DNA of 64,000 bases, taken from contig NC_058368.1 in the NCBI RefSeq assembly GCF_018350175.1, forward strand, positions 213,034,001 to 213,098,000, in the 5' to 3' direction. The DNA is from Felis catus. Its lineage: Eukaryota. Below are positions 14,031 through 25,548 of this stretch, in pieces. Position 1 is the stretch's first letter. Every line of letters starts with the position of its first letter. Under the pieces are notes generated by a model that was not told where the DNA came from, ran no database searches, and saw only the letters and a program-made list of their open reading frames with translations. Position numbers and translations under genes: made by a program.

Positions 14031-14062
14031 ATGGAAAGGGAGACAAGAAACAACTAAATTAC

Positions 14063-14565
14063 GAATGTTTATAGCAGCGACATATCAACAATCACCACAC
14101 TATGAAGACAGCCCAAATGTCCACTGACTGATGAATAAAGATGTGATGTGTATACACGATGGAATATTATTCAGCCATTAAAAAGAATGAAATCTTGCCA
14201 TTTGCAACAATGTGGAGGGACCTGGTATTATGCTAAACGAACTAAGTCAGAGAAAGACAAATATATGATTTCACTCATATGTGGAATTAAGAAACAAAAC
14301 AGATGAACATAGGAAAGGAAGGAAAATAAGATACAAATAGAGAGGGAGGCGAACCGTAACAGACTCTTAACTATAGAGAACAAACTGAGAGTTGCTGGAG
14401 AGGAGGTGGGAGGGGGTAGGCTACGTGAGTGATGGGTACTAAGGAGGGCACTTGTTGGTATGAGCACTGGGTGTTATATGTAAGTGATGAATCACTAAAT
14501 TCTACTCCTAAAACCAACACTACACTATATATTAACTAACTTGAATTTAAATTAAAAAAAAAGAA
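14063..14565 (+). mobile_element. 5'-truncated carnivore L1 (end of ORF2 and 3' UTR)
   Basis: atggaatattattcagccattaaaaagaatgaaatcttgccatttgcaacaa ... poly(A); TSD-like aactaa(a/g)ttac. Confidence 0.88.
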
Positions 14566-15189
14566 AAGAAAACTAAGTTACATAAAACACTGTTCAATAC
14601 TGACTTCTGTTGGTCCATTGTACCTACCTCCTCCCACTGTACTCCATGTGCCTGCCCCTTAAGCCCTCCCAGCATTGTGGCTGCACCAGGGTTCAAACTC
14701 TACATTGCTATAGTGTCTGAGACATTGGCACTATTTTCTTTACGGGTTGTTGCAGTTTGTCACTCACCAGGACAGCTGGTCAAGGGGGTATAAATGGTTA
14801 CCACTAACTTTCCTGGTTTCCATAGCTCTCCACAGCCCAGTTTCCAGTGACAGTCCACTGGTTCAATCATGATATGTCCAGGATGGCCAAGGGCAGTCTC
14901 CCACCAATTCACTGGAACCATTCTTCCCTTCCACACTAAGTCCCCCAAACCTACATGGTTTTCAAGGAATTAAAAGGGTTGGGGAAGGTATCTTTAAAAT
15001 GAAAGATCTGACAATTACCTTAACTAACCTAGTGATTTGAGTGAAGCAACCCAGCCTGATGGGCCTTAGGGTGTGTTGTAATAAGTACAGAACCTCACGT
15101 AGGTAGTATTCTTGCAAAAGACATTTCACCTGAATTAAGCCATGAGGAAGTAACAAGTCCAGAACGTGGGACATGCTACAAGACTCTTT

Positions 15190-15402
15190 AAAAATTTTTT
15201 TAACGTTTATTTATTTTTGAGAAAGAGGGAAAGCACAAGCAGGGAAGGGGTAGGGACAGAAAGGGAGACACAGAATCCGAAGCAGGGTCCAGGCTCTGAG
15301 CTGTCAGCCCAGAGCCCGAAGAGGGGCTCGAACCCACGATCCACGAAATCATGACCTGAGCCGAAGTCAGACGCTTAACCGACTGAGCCATCCAGACACC
15401 CC
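15190..15402 (-). mobile_element. Can-SINE within old L1 sequence (about 15.0-15.7 kb)
   Basis: Reverse SINE body; the flanks resemble an old L1 3' region. Confidence 0.88.
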
Positions 15403-15709
15403 AGGTTGGACTCTTTTTAAAAAGTCAGTGTTATGGAAAACAGAAACAGTATGTAATTATTCTAGATTAAAAGAGACCGATAATTCAAGGGCACAAACCT
15501 TGACCAGACACTGTATCAGGGAAAGAAACAAACAACGTTTTGGGGAACAATTGGAGAAAATTAAATATAAACTGAACATTAGGTAAAACCGGTGAATTTT
15601 TCTAAGTTGTGATAATAGAGAAGCTAGGTAGAAGAATGTTTTTATTCTTAGGAGACACATGTTGAAGTTCAATAGCTGTCTCAAGGAAAAGCATAAACAT
15701 GACCGTTTG

Positions 15710-16170
15710 GATTATGAACTAAAACCCATGCTTTCGTCCATGGAGCACCATTTTCACTTGCAAGAATGACTGCCGAACAGGATTATCCAGACTCGTGGGT
15801 CCGGCAGGCATTTCTCAAATATGAAGAACCTGAGCCTCTCACTTCAAGGAAAACAACTGGCTGGAGTTGTTGCCAATGGTGCAACTAACCCTTAAGAAAC
15901 TACCACTTGCCATGTTTTGGGATGGTCATCAAAGATTATCTACGGTATCTGAGAAGCTATTAAAATACTCCTCTTTTTTCCAACTACACGTTTCTGTGAG
16001 GCTAAACTTGCTTCTCATACTTCCGCCCAAACAACATATCACAAATTATCTGCAGAGGCAGGAAGGAGAATCCAGCTATCTTGTCTTAAAGAGAGCGGTA
16101 ACAGGTAAAATAATGGGATTCTTCTCATTTTCTGCTTTGGAAAACATGGCTGTTTTTCTTTTAAAACCAT
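15710..16170 (+). mobile_element. Charlie1-like hAT transposase relic with an internal deletion
   Basis: catggagcaccattttcacttgcaagaatgactg...gagcctctcacttcaaggaaaacaactg...aagaaactaccacttg...ctattaaaatactcctc...ccaactacac...gagaatccagct resembles the Charlie1 consensus. Confidence 0.75.
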
Positions 16171-17269
16171 TATTTGTGTTTAGCTTGCCTTTATTCCTAA
16201 GAAATGCATACTGAAGTGCTGAAATAATATGATATATACAGTTCACTTCAGGCAGTCCACCCAAAAAGATTTGTATATTATGTATATGTTTGTATCCAAA
16301 CATATTTACATATGTATCTGCAATTTACTTTCAAAGAGTTCAGCAAAAAAAGAGAGAATGTTACAAAATAATAGGTGAAGGATAAAAGGATGTTCTTTTT
16401 ACTATTCCTTCAGCTTTACTATAGGTTTGAAAATTCCCAAAATAAAAATGTGTTTGCGGGTGGATCAAGTCCGAGGTCACTGGGATGGAACACAAACACT
16501 CTTCTAGCAGTTACTGGATGTGAGAGGCAGAGAACCCACTCCCATCTAGGACCCCTTTGGTCTAACATGCTTAGGAGCTCCTCCCACAAATGCTAAGCCC
16601 CTTCACTAGATTAGAGAAGTCTTAAAATTCCTTCGTTGGTCTATGGGCTCTCCTCCTGGAGTAGGCCCTGCAGCTCTAACAGGGCCACAACAGGATCTTG
16701 CTCTGGTCGTGGAGCTGGGGCAGTAGGGGGTGGTGTGGCTGCTTCTGGAGTAGGTCCAGGGAAATTTGGAGGCTCAAATGCCATCTCCTTTCCCAACCAG
16801 GAAGCACCCTGAAGAGATCTAGCAAGACTGAGCATCTAATGGGTGCCACAACCGTGGAGCCCTTACAACCAATCCTGGGCTCATCCCGCAACTGCCCTGT
16901 GACCCCAGATGAGGCCCCTCGCAACTGCCATGGAGCCTCTGGAGCACTCGAAGCGTCTTTGTTCTACTTTTTCTTTCCCTATGTACCTTCTCGGGACTGT
17001 CGTAAGTAAGGGGTCTGCAAGATCTTTATAGTCCCACTTGCCCTAATGATGAAGTGTCACAGCCCTTTGGTCTATGGCAGTCTTGCCCTCCAACGGTATA
17101 CTGCCCTCCTACTACCACACTGACTCAGCAGTCGTGGCCTCCCCATATACCACGATTTACTCATGTCTCATTGCCGCCACACTGACATTCCCTCTGTCCT
17201 CTCCAGATAGATGTGCCTCCTCAACAATTTAGAAGGTATTTCCTGGGGCCATTTCCGGTACCTATTCCT

Positions 17270-17720
17270 GTAGCACAGTGCCAACAGGAAGCAGGTGGCA
17301 CACTCATCACATGAGGAGGATTTAAGAGAGACCATTTACAAATATGAGTCAAATATCAGAAAACCACAGGGAGAGTTAACACATTAGGCCCAAAGGAACA
17401 AGATAAGGGGTAACTACCGGAAATCAAAAGAATTAGGTAAACGTCCCCTTGAGACGTCACCTTTGGTTGAGGGACACCGCCGGCCCACGGTGACCTGGGA
17501 GGGAGGAGGGCAGCCGAGGAATAGTTATCTGACCTCTGTTCTCCCTCTCTCCAGTCTCCCAGTGAGGCTCTGTGCTGGCCAAACCCAGCCAGGAGCTGGA
17601 GAGCAGGGAACGCTGTTTCTGTGTCCACCCGGGCCAGCCTGCAGGGCCGGAGTACGGAGTGGATCTCGGAGCACCAGAAGACACCCCACCTACGGTGGGC
17701 TAGAGAGCCTCCAGGTCCAA
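17270..17720. mobile_element. Ancient LTR-like relic, subfamily not assigned; related sequence at about 12950-13470
   Basis: Motifs caggaagcaggtggcacactca, gtcaccttt/gtcaccttg and aacccagccaggagctggag versus agcccaaccagaaactagac. Confidence 0.4.
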
Positions 17721-17912
17721 TTTCTCTAGGCCCACTGAAACACTGGGTGGAGGGAAGAGTAAGGCCAAATCTCATACAATCCCCTTCTTTCCCCCAGTAC
17801 TGTCGTTACTAAGTGTTTCCTATACTATCGCAAGGCCCAGGGTGCCTGGAAGCAGTAGAGACCAGGCCAAAAGGAAATTGTAGTCCGTATTACTCAAGAA
17901 TAATTCAACACA

Positions 17913-18430
17913 GGGCCCCCCGCTGGCTCAGTTGATGGAGCGTGCAACTCTTGATCTCGGGATTGTGAGTTCAAGCCCCACGTTAGGTATAGAGATACTT
18001 AAAAATAAAATCTTAAGGGGCACCTGGATGGCTCAGTCAGTTGAGCATCCAACTTTGGCTCAGGTCATGATCTCAAGGTTCATGAGTTCGAGACCCTCAT
18101 CAGGCCTGCTACTGTCAGCCCAGAGCCCACTTCAGATCTTCTGTCCCCCTCTCTCTATCCCTCCCCCATGCACATGCTCTCTCTCTCCCTCTCAAAAATG
18201 AACATTTAAAAATAAAATCTTAAAAAAAAAAAAAAAAAGACTGGGTGGCTCAGTGGGTTAAGTGTCTGACTCTTGACTTTGTAGAATCAGGTCATGATTC
18301 TACAATTCATGAGATTGAGCCCTGCGTTGTGCTTTCAGCAAGGGGCCTGCTTGGGATTCTCTTTCCCTCCCTCTCTCTACCTCTACCCCCATCAAAATAA
18401 ATAAACTGTAAAAAAAAAAAAAAAAAAAAA
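17913..18430 (+). mobile_element. Cluster of three SINEs (one short tRNA-like SINEC and two Can-SINEs)
   Basis: Three heads at about 17920, 18016 and 18241; duplicated taaaaataaaatcttaa around the middle copy. Confidence 0.88.
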
Positions 18431-18789
18431 GAATTCCACTTACTTCTATTTTAGGAGTTCTGGCCAGTGGCAAAACCTAACCAGTGCAAACCAACACAGA
18501 CTTTTTTGGGAGTTCAGCCTTGATTAAAGGGTGCAGCAAAGTCGACCTAATCCTAGCATGTGACTGTGTGCTGGGGTGCAAGTGTGGACAACTGCCCTTC
18601 CTGCTGCTGCTGCTGCTGGGAATGTGGTTTTAAGAAAATGAGCAAGATTCACTGGGTCAGACACTAATCCAAGTTTATGATGCTGGTGAAAATCAGGGCG
18701 ATAGTTACTGTGACAGAGTTCACTGCAAAATCAATGAACCAAGAAAAGAATTCTGCCATTGTCCATGGTCTATACCACAGGAACATAGG

Positions 18790-19000
18790 TAAATTAGTCT
18801 CAGGAGTTAGCCAGATGTGGATTCAAATTCTGCTTCTGCCACTTACTGTGTCGCTTTGACCAAATCAACTATTCTCTGGAAACCTCAACTTCCGCTTGTA
18901 CAGTAAGGAACAAGAGTACCTTCTCATGGAACAGAGACTATTAAATGCGAAAATAAATAAAATACCCGCCACTAACCACACTTCTCCACCATGGCACTCA
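18790..19000 (+). mobile_element. MIR relic
   Basis: ggattcaaattctgcttctgccacttactgtgtcgctttgaccaaatcaactattctctggaaacctcaacttcc. Confidence 0.6.
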
Positions 19001-19967
19001 ATGGGTGGTTGTTGTTACTAATCTTTACACTGGACAGTTTACTGTAAGGGATGTTTTACATAAACTTAGGAGGTAAACTCAGTGTTTCTTTCTTGAGATA
19101 AAATATTTCTAAATAGGAGTCTAACCCAAATTCTTTTCATTACTTCAATTCTTCCAGGAAAGAATTGTAAGTACTCTAGTTTCTTTTCTCCCCCTGGAGA
19201 CTGCAAGGGTCGGAAAGGTTACAAACCCAGACTTCAATGCATTTTTTAAATCTCTTTCAGAGTCCTCAGACACCAGCCTGAGGGAGGCGGCTTTCTAACG
19301 GAAGAGGCTCACCGAGGGCACTGCTTCTGACATCTCTTCACAGTGAGTAAGTTTCCTTGCTATTTAAAAATTTAAGAACCACTGTTCCAGGACTCTAATG
19401 CATTGAAAATGTTCTCAATTGTTTCTGAAAGCTTTCTCTGCCTACTAGTTAATGACTCTAGAGTGAGCAAGAAGCATTTTCCCCCATATTCAGAAAAAAA
19501 CAAGTCTTATATCAAAAACAGATTTATGAGTGCTTGGATACCAAAAGACCTTGGTTTCCAAGCAAAGAATTTTAAGGAAAATAAAGCTTCTGAAATTACT
19601 TCCCAATTAATAATATAAAGGGTTGGTCTTCAAACCTGACCACCAGGAAGGATTTTTGACCCTGGATCCAGGCTGAAACCCTCAAATTCCTCAAAATCTT
19701 CAGATTTCTACTATAAACCTTCCCACCCTTTCACCATTTTGTATCACTCAAGCATGAAGAAATGAAAATGTACTTTCTCCTTTATTATCTTCCAAGGCCA
19801 ATGGTGGTGAAGAGAGGAAAGAGAACTCATGCCTCAAAAACAATAAATGAGGGAGGCCCGTGACAGGCCCATGCACCGAGCATGACCGCAGTGGCCCGCA
19901 CGCACTGCTGGACAAGTTCATGCTCCAAATTTGAGCAGCTGAGCTGGAGGAGTGAAAAGTGAGAACC

Positions 19968-20170
19968 AGGGGCGCCTGGGTGGCTCAGTCGGTTAAGTAT
20001 CCAACTTCGGCTCAGGTCAAGATCTCATGGTCTGAGTTTGAGCCCCATGTCAGGCTCTGTGCTGTCACTTCGGAGCCTAGAGCCTGCATTGGCTGCCTCT
20101 CTCTCTGCCCCTCCCCTACTCATGCTCTGTCTCTGTCTCTCAAAAAACAAACGTTTAAAAAAAAAAAAAA
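19968..20170 (+). mobile_element. Can-SINE
   Basis: Head, (CT)n and A tail; flanking agaacca. Confidence 0.9.
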
Positions 20171-21261
20171 GAACCAAAACAATCATATTCATAGCAAAAT
20201 GGAGTAGAGTACATACATTTTTTTCTTTAAAATTATTGAAAGGATTCATGGTTCAGGAAAGCACTTAGAAGAAGTCACCAGAACCACAAAGGTCAACTTA
20301 AACATGCACTGAACACAGCCATACCTAGATGTCACACTGTTTCAGTCACACACAGCCTTCCCTTGACCCCACACCCTTCCACAGCCACCCTCTCATTTCT
20401 CCTTACCCTTCACAGCCAAGCTGCTGAGTCTCCACTCCCCATTCACCCAGCCTCAGTCTTCCCTGCCCTGGTCAACACCATCAACACCACCAGTGACCTA
20501 CAAATCACATCTGCAGAAACGTCAAGGTTGTAAGTCAAGGAAAACCTCAAGAGCCATGTCAGAATGAAGACTAAAGACACAACTATGAAATGGGTTGGAA
20601 GCTTTCTCTATGAAGACCTTATTCCAACAATCAGCAGAATCTGAATGGGCCTCTAGGCAAAGGGCTAAATGGCACACAGAATACATAATGTATGTGCCGT
20701 TCTTCCAACAACTATGTATTTGGGGAGGGCGGCGAGAGGGAGCTAGAGTAGGAGCTATTAGAAGACTCGGTCTTATTTAGAAGAGGGCCCAACTGGAACT
20801 TCACATCGCTTTCCAAGACACATGAGCGACTACATGCACAATTCTAGTGAAATTCTAGCATGGGTGGTAGGAGAAGCACTTTGCACACAGTGTTTTTGTT
20901 ACCCTGGTATAGATATAGCATCCAACTGAGATTCAGAACAAGTGTTTTTCCTGGTAGAGTGAAAGAAAGGAAGTGGCCTAAAATCCTTTCCAAGCTAAAA
21001 GAAGTCACCCAAAAAGATAAACCATTTAAATTCAATCAAGAGCCCAAGAGTGAAATGAGAAAGAGTTGTGTATCCCTTTACTTAGAAACAACAGGCCATT
21101 GTTAATCTAGGGCTGAAATGGCTGTAAAACCAGGTCTGGGACAGTCTGAACTCTGTAAACGACTTAGGTAAAGAGAGTTGGAGAAAAGTCCTGTGTAGCG
21201 AGATCTTCTACTAAGATGGGCTGTCTTGGATGAACTGTTACACAGTAAATAATTCCATATG

Positions 21262-21439
21262 ATTTTTTTTGAGAGAGAGCATGTGAGCTGGGGAGAGGGA
21301 CAGAGGAAGAGAGAATCTCAAGCAGACTCCACACTTAGTGTGGAGCCTGAGGTGGGGCTTGATCCCAGAACCCTGGAATCACAACCTGAGCCAAAATCAG
21401 GAGTCAGACGCTCAATCAACTGAGCCACCCAGGTGCCCC
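21262..21439 (-). mobile_element. Can-SINE
   Basis: Reverse SINE ending ...tgagccacccaggtgcccc. Confidence 0.88.
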
Positions 21440-21724
21440 TTAAACCCATTTTTTAATCCCTTAACTCCCCTTTGAGCCATGCTACAAAACTGCAGTCAGT
21501 GATTAACTGCATAAATTCCAAGTACTACTGATTCCTCCTTGACTGGATGGAGTCAGTATGTTTTACTAAAGAGCAAATTTACAGTCAATTAGGCAGAGCA
21601 AGAAGAGTCATGAGTAGTCTTCCATGATCTTCCTATCACTGTTTAAGTTCCCCTCGACAGAAATCTACACAATGAGATCTCAATACAAAACAAAGCAAAA
21701 GCACTAATCAAGAAGGAAAAAAGA

Positions 21725-22216
21725 GGGGCACCGGGTTAGCTCAGTCAGTTAAGCATCTGACTTTGGCTCAGATCATGATCTTGCCATTCTTGAGTTTGTG
21801 CCCCATATTGGGCTCGCTGCTATCAGCGAGGAGCCCACTTCAGATCCTCTGTCTCCCTCTCTCTCCCTGCCCTTCCCCTGCTCTCTCAAAAATAAATATT
21901 TTTTTTAAAAAGGGGGGGGGGGGAGATGCTTTCTAAACAAAAGTATAAGTTTAAAGTACTCAAAGGAGTCCAGTAGGCAATACAGTTAAGTATACCAAGG
22001 AATAATTAGACTGCAAAACATTCATAAAGTTACAAAAAAGGCGGGGAGGAGCACCTGGGTCCGACCCTTGATTTTGGCTCAGGTCTTGATCTCACAGTTC
22101 ATGAGATCCCCACATTGGGCTCTGTGTGGACAGCCTGGAGCCTACTTGGGATTTTCTCTCTCCTCTCTCACCCTCCCCACCATTTGTGCACTTTCTCAAA
22201 ATAAATAAACTTTAAA

Positions 22217-22280
<64 letters not shown>
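21725..22280 (+). mobile_element. Two Can-SINEs (21725-21910; 22047-22217) with a (GA)n microsatellite at 22218-22279
   Basis: SINE bodies and a long GA run. Confidence 0.85.
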
Positions 22281-22282
<2 letters not shown>

Positions 22283-22546
22283 GCTGTGTACACCTCAGTA
22301 TTTGCATTTTCCCATCTGGATCAGAGAGATGGGAAAAACAGGCCCACTCCACCCCAACCTGCCTGGCCCATCCCGTCCCATCCCAGAGGTCCTCAGAAGA
22401 TTTAACACGCTGAGGCGAATTCACATTCCAGAAGCATTCACACAGAAAGGCATTCTATTTGTTAACAAAATCCATTCAACAAATAACTAAGCCATTCATC
22501 TTTAGGTCTGTGAAACTGGGATGACACATAGGGCACATTTCTTATT

Positions 22547-22552
22547 TTTATT
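22547..22552 (-). terminator. Distal polyadenylation signal AATAAA
   Basis: tttatt on the plus strand at the end of the SINE-free block, followed on the minus strand by the GU-containing sequence ATGTGCCCTATGTGTC. Confidence 0.6.
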
Positions 22553-24585
22553 TCAACATTTAAAATATTCACAGATGGAGTATTGTATTCATTGACTCTC
22601 CATGGAAGATGTACCAAACAAAGCATACAGGTTATTCCACAATTACAAAATTACATATTTGTGACTATGTGAATGTTTACCCCTAGTCTTTATCTGGAAA
22701 ATACCGCTTAAAAAAAGAAAAAAAAACTTTCAAGTTTTTCACTGGATTAATTTCCATAAAAAGTAAATAGCAAAGAATTTCAGGAGACACCAAAATATCA
22801 GCCAGTGCTTTTTTAAATTTTCAAACTTTTATAGTGCTCTTCTGACTTTTAAGTGTCAGGAACACCTAAGTAACACCCAATTCTTTCTCTTTTCCCCTCA
22901 ATAGCCAAGCCAGGATGAACATACTTTTTTTCCTAAGTCTTTTCTCCTATGTAGAAATAGGTACATCACCACAGCAACTTGACTGGCTAATGAGGTAGGA
23001 GTATTCTTCAAAAGCATTTAAGAAGCAAAAGAGAATAATCAAATTATTAAGAGTTTTTCTTTTTTAGTGGTTTTCTTTAAAACACCAAGGGCATTGGAAA
23101 TTGGTCAAATGCCACTCATACTTTAAAAGACAAAGAGGGAAAACCCCATTAGAAACACCCTGCTACAACTACACTCGGATCTGGCATCAATTAAATCCAT
23201 TCTGGCATCACGAAGTAAGAAACTGCTGTCTCAAAATGTCAAGCTTTCTTCCTGGAAGAAACCTTACCAGGAAGAGAAGTTTAAACAGAAAACACCAGTC
23301 CCCTATCTTCTCTTTTCAGTACAGTTAATTGCTCTCTTCTTTTAAACCCAGTTCTCATCGTTTCCTGCACCCAAAAAAAGACAAATAATGTCTGTGTATT
23401 GCATATCCAGTAGACTTAAATGAATTTAGCAGTCAACCTATCAAATTCTGCCAGGGAAACTCTCCTTACATGAAGGTTTTAATGACCTAATGCTATACAG
23501 CTACAAAATGCCTAGGTAGTAGATTTCAGCACCACCTCTGTATCAGCAGATTGGTTCAAAATGCACACGGCACCCTGAATTCATACATACCTAGGAAATC
23601 TACCCATTACTCCTTCAACTACACCGAAATCAAAGCTCTGTGTTCTAACTACCCTTTCTTGTATACGTATCTAGGAATACTTTACAAATTCACCCAATTA
23701 AGTTAATAGAACACATTTATATTCCCAAATAAGGGGAAGTTATCAATCAAGCATGATTTGTCTAAAATACCATTTTGAACACTTTTGGTACCTATTATTT
23801 GGATGCTAAAATACCAGAAGAGAGGATTTACTTCCCCAATTATGCACCTATTAGGGCTACTGCTAAAAACACTAAAAAATCATCTAAAAAATGTAAAAAC
23901 AGACTTAAAACAGAACAGCTGCCAGAAAAAAAATTTAGTAACTGTATGTGTCCTGGCAGCTGGTTTTGAAATCAAGTCCTTGACAATTCTATAAAATGTT
24001 TTAGATGCAGTAATCAAAGTTGGTATAATAGTGCAACTCTCTGATATGGCAGTAAACCATTTAAGATTAGCTACCAAAAATACGTAATTTGTTAACAAGA
24101 ATTTTTCACGTCTTTAAACGTTTCTTTTACCATTCAATTTAGAACTGTGTCCTATCAATGTGATCAAAATATCACGTGTTATCATTTAGTGTGAAGAGAA
24201 TTCCTTCCTCTTCACTGCCACCTTCTCCAATTTCAGTTATAGCTCCTTTACATTCTTTACCTAAGGCACACCATGCCCTATTTATTGCTGCAAAGCCCCT
24301 GAAATTTGTGCCTCAATCTGGATCTGCTTCATCACTATGGTTCAGTGAAAATCACTTCAGAGTACCTGCTAAAACTTAACATTAAGTCTAGAATACTACT
24401 ATCCGAGAGATAAAACTGCAAAAGAACCAAGCCTACTAAGAAAAGGCCAGTAAGAATATGCTCTATCTACTCTTTCCTCCAAAAACTGACCACATTACTA
24501 TGACAGTAAAGCTCAGTGAGATCTCAGGCTATATATATACTCCATGTTACAAAATAAAATGTTAGGCCAATAAGCTTTCACAATT

Positions 24586-24591
24586 TTTATT
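24586..24591 (-). terminator. Middle polyadenylation signal AATAAA
   Basis: tttatt on the plus strand; another candidate lies at 24281-24286. Confidence 0.5.
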
Positions 24592-25235
24592 AAATCCTAA
24601 TCTAATATAACAGTATCTGATTTTATAGACATCATCCCATGGTGAACATGTTTAATAAGTGAAAGCAAATCAGACATCTAAGTCACTATTCTCTGCAGAC
24701 TAAGCAGTAAGGTAACTACACAGAACGCTACAGGTAACGACATACACTTACTTGTTCAGTTTTCATACAAGCCATGTTTTTTTTTTTATCAAACTATATC
24801 TCCTAATATTTAATACAGTAGAATTAGTGATTGTAGCTCTCATATAATATTTTAATTACAAGTACCTTATTGAGATAACTAACATTTTGACAGTTTCACT
24901 GACTTTCCAAATTAGAATATATTCAAGAAAAAGAGCAAAAAGTGAAATGAAAACTGAACATGACAAGTTACTAAAGGAAAATGAAGTAAAAAAAAGGGAA
25001 AGTGAAGTATCACTGGGGTGGAAAAATACAACAAGTCTAGACATTGGGCTGGAAGAAAACAGATCAACTATGGATTTCACAAGTCAGAGTTTATAAATCC
25101 AATGCAATACAAATCCTTTCGAATGTAAAAGCCAAGTTGAAATTAACAGGTCTATAAACTGTTACTTTTGGCCTTAAACAGTACCAACTCCTTTGATCAA
25201 AAAAGGCCACAACAGTTAAGATTGTATTACTTGAT

Positions 25236-25241
25236 TTTATT
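25236..25241 (-). terminator. Proximal polyadenylation signal AATAAA
   Basis: tttatt on the plus strand, about 230 nt after the stop codon. Confidence 0.6.
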
Positions 25242-25468
25242 TTACACTAGGTGGCGGGCACAAAGCAATCCTCCTTAATAAAGTTGACAATTAGCTTCAC
25301 TCAGAACATTTTTAATAATGCACATTAAAAAAAAACGTATTCATCTTACAAATTGTTCTGCAATCCAAATATACAATAGCTTGGAAAACAACGTTTAGAA
25401 AACAAAAGCCAATGTAAAAAGACAGATTAAAACAACTAGAACAGTACAGGTTTTATATGGCTCTGATT

Positions 25469-25548
25469 TTACAGTTTTCTTACTGCATCATCAATGTCAG
25501 AAATCTGTTCCTTCAGCTGGCTCCATTGCTCAGGATTTAAAGAAATAC
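25469..25548 (-). CDS. SUB1: SUB1 exon 5 coding part (C-terminal dimerisation helix) and stop codon
   Basis: ttgttttag|GT ATT TCT TTA AAT CCT GAG CAA TGG ... AGA AAA CTG TAA; 80 nt. Confidence 0.97.

Larger units (their letters stand above)
22525..25468 (-). other. SUB1: SUB1 3' UTR (about 2.9 kb long form; shorter forms likely)
   Basis: AU-rich, SINE-free stretch after the stop codon, ending near AATAAA at 22552-22547. SINEs resume immediately beyond it, below about 22.3 kb. Confidence 0.65.

Noticed and set aside
14600..14960. Possible retroviral internal fragment (ORF 14760..14948)
   Set aside because: I could not match it to any gag/pol motif; a Dfam search would be needed.
17913..18010. 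tRNA-like sequences here and at 51240-51330
   Set aside because: These are tRNA-derived SINE heads with SINE tails and TSDs; there is no intact cloverleaf.
24856..25096. Short ORFs in the SUB1 3' UTR
   Set aside because: No recognisable protein; chance ORFs in AT-rich UTR sequence.
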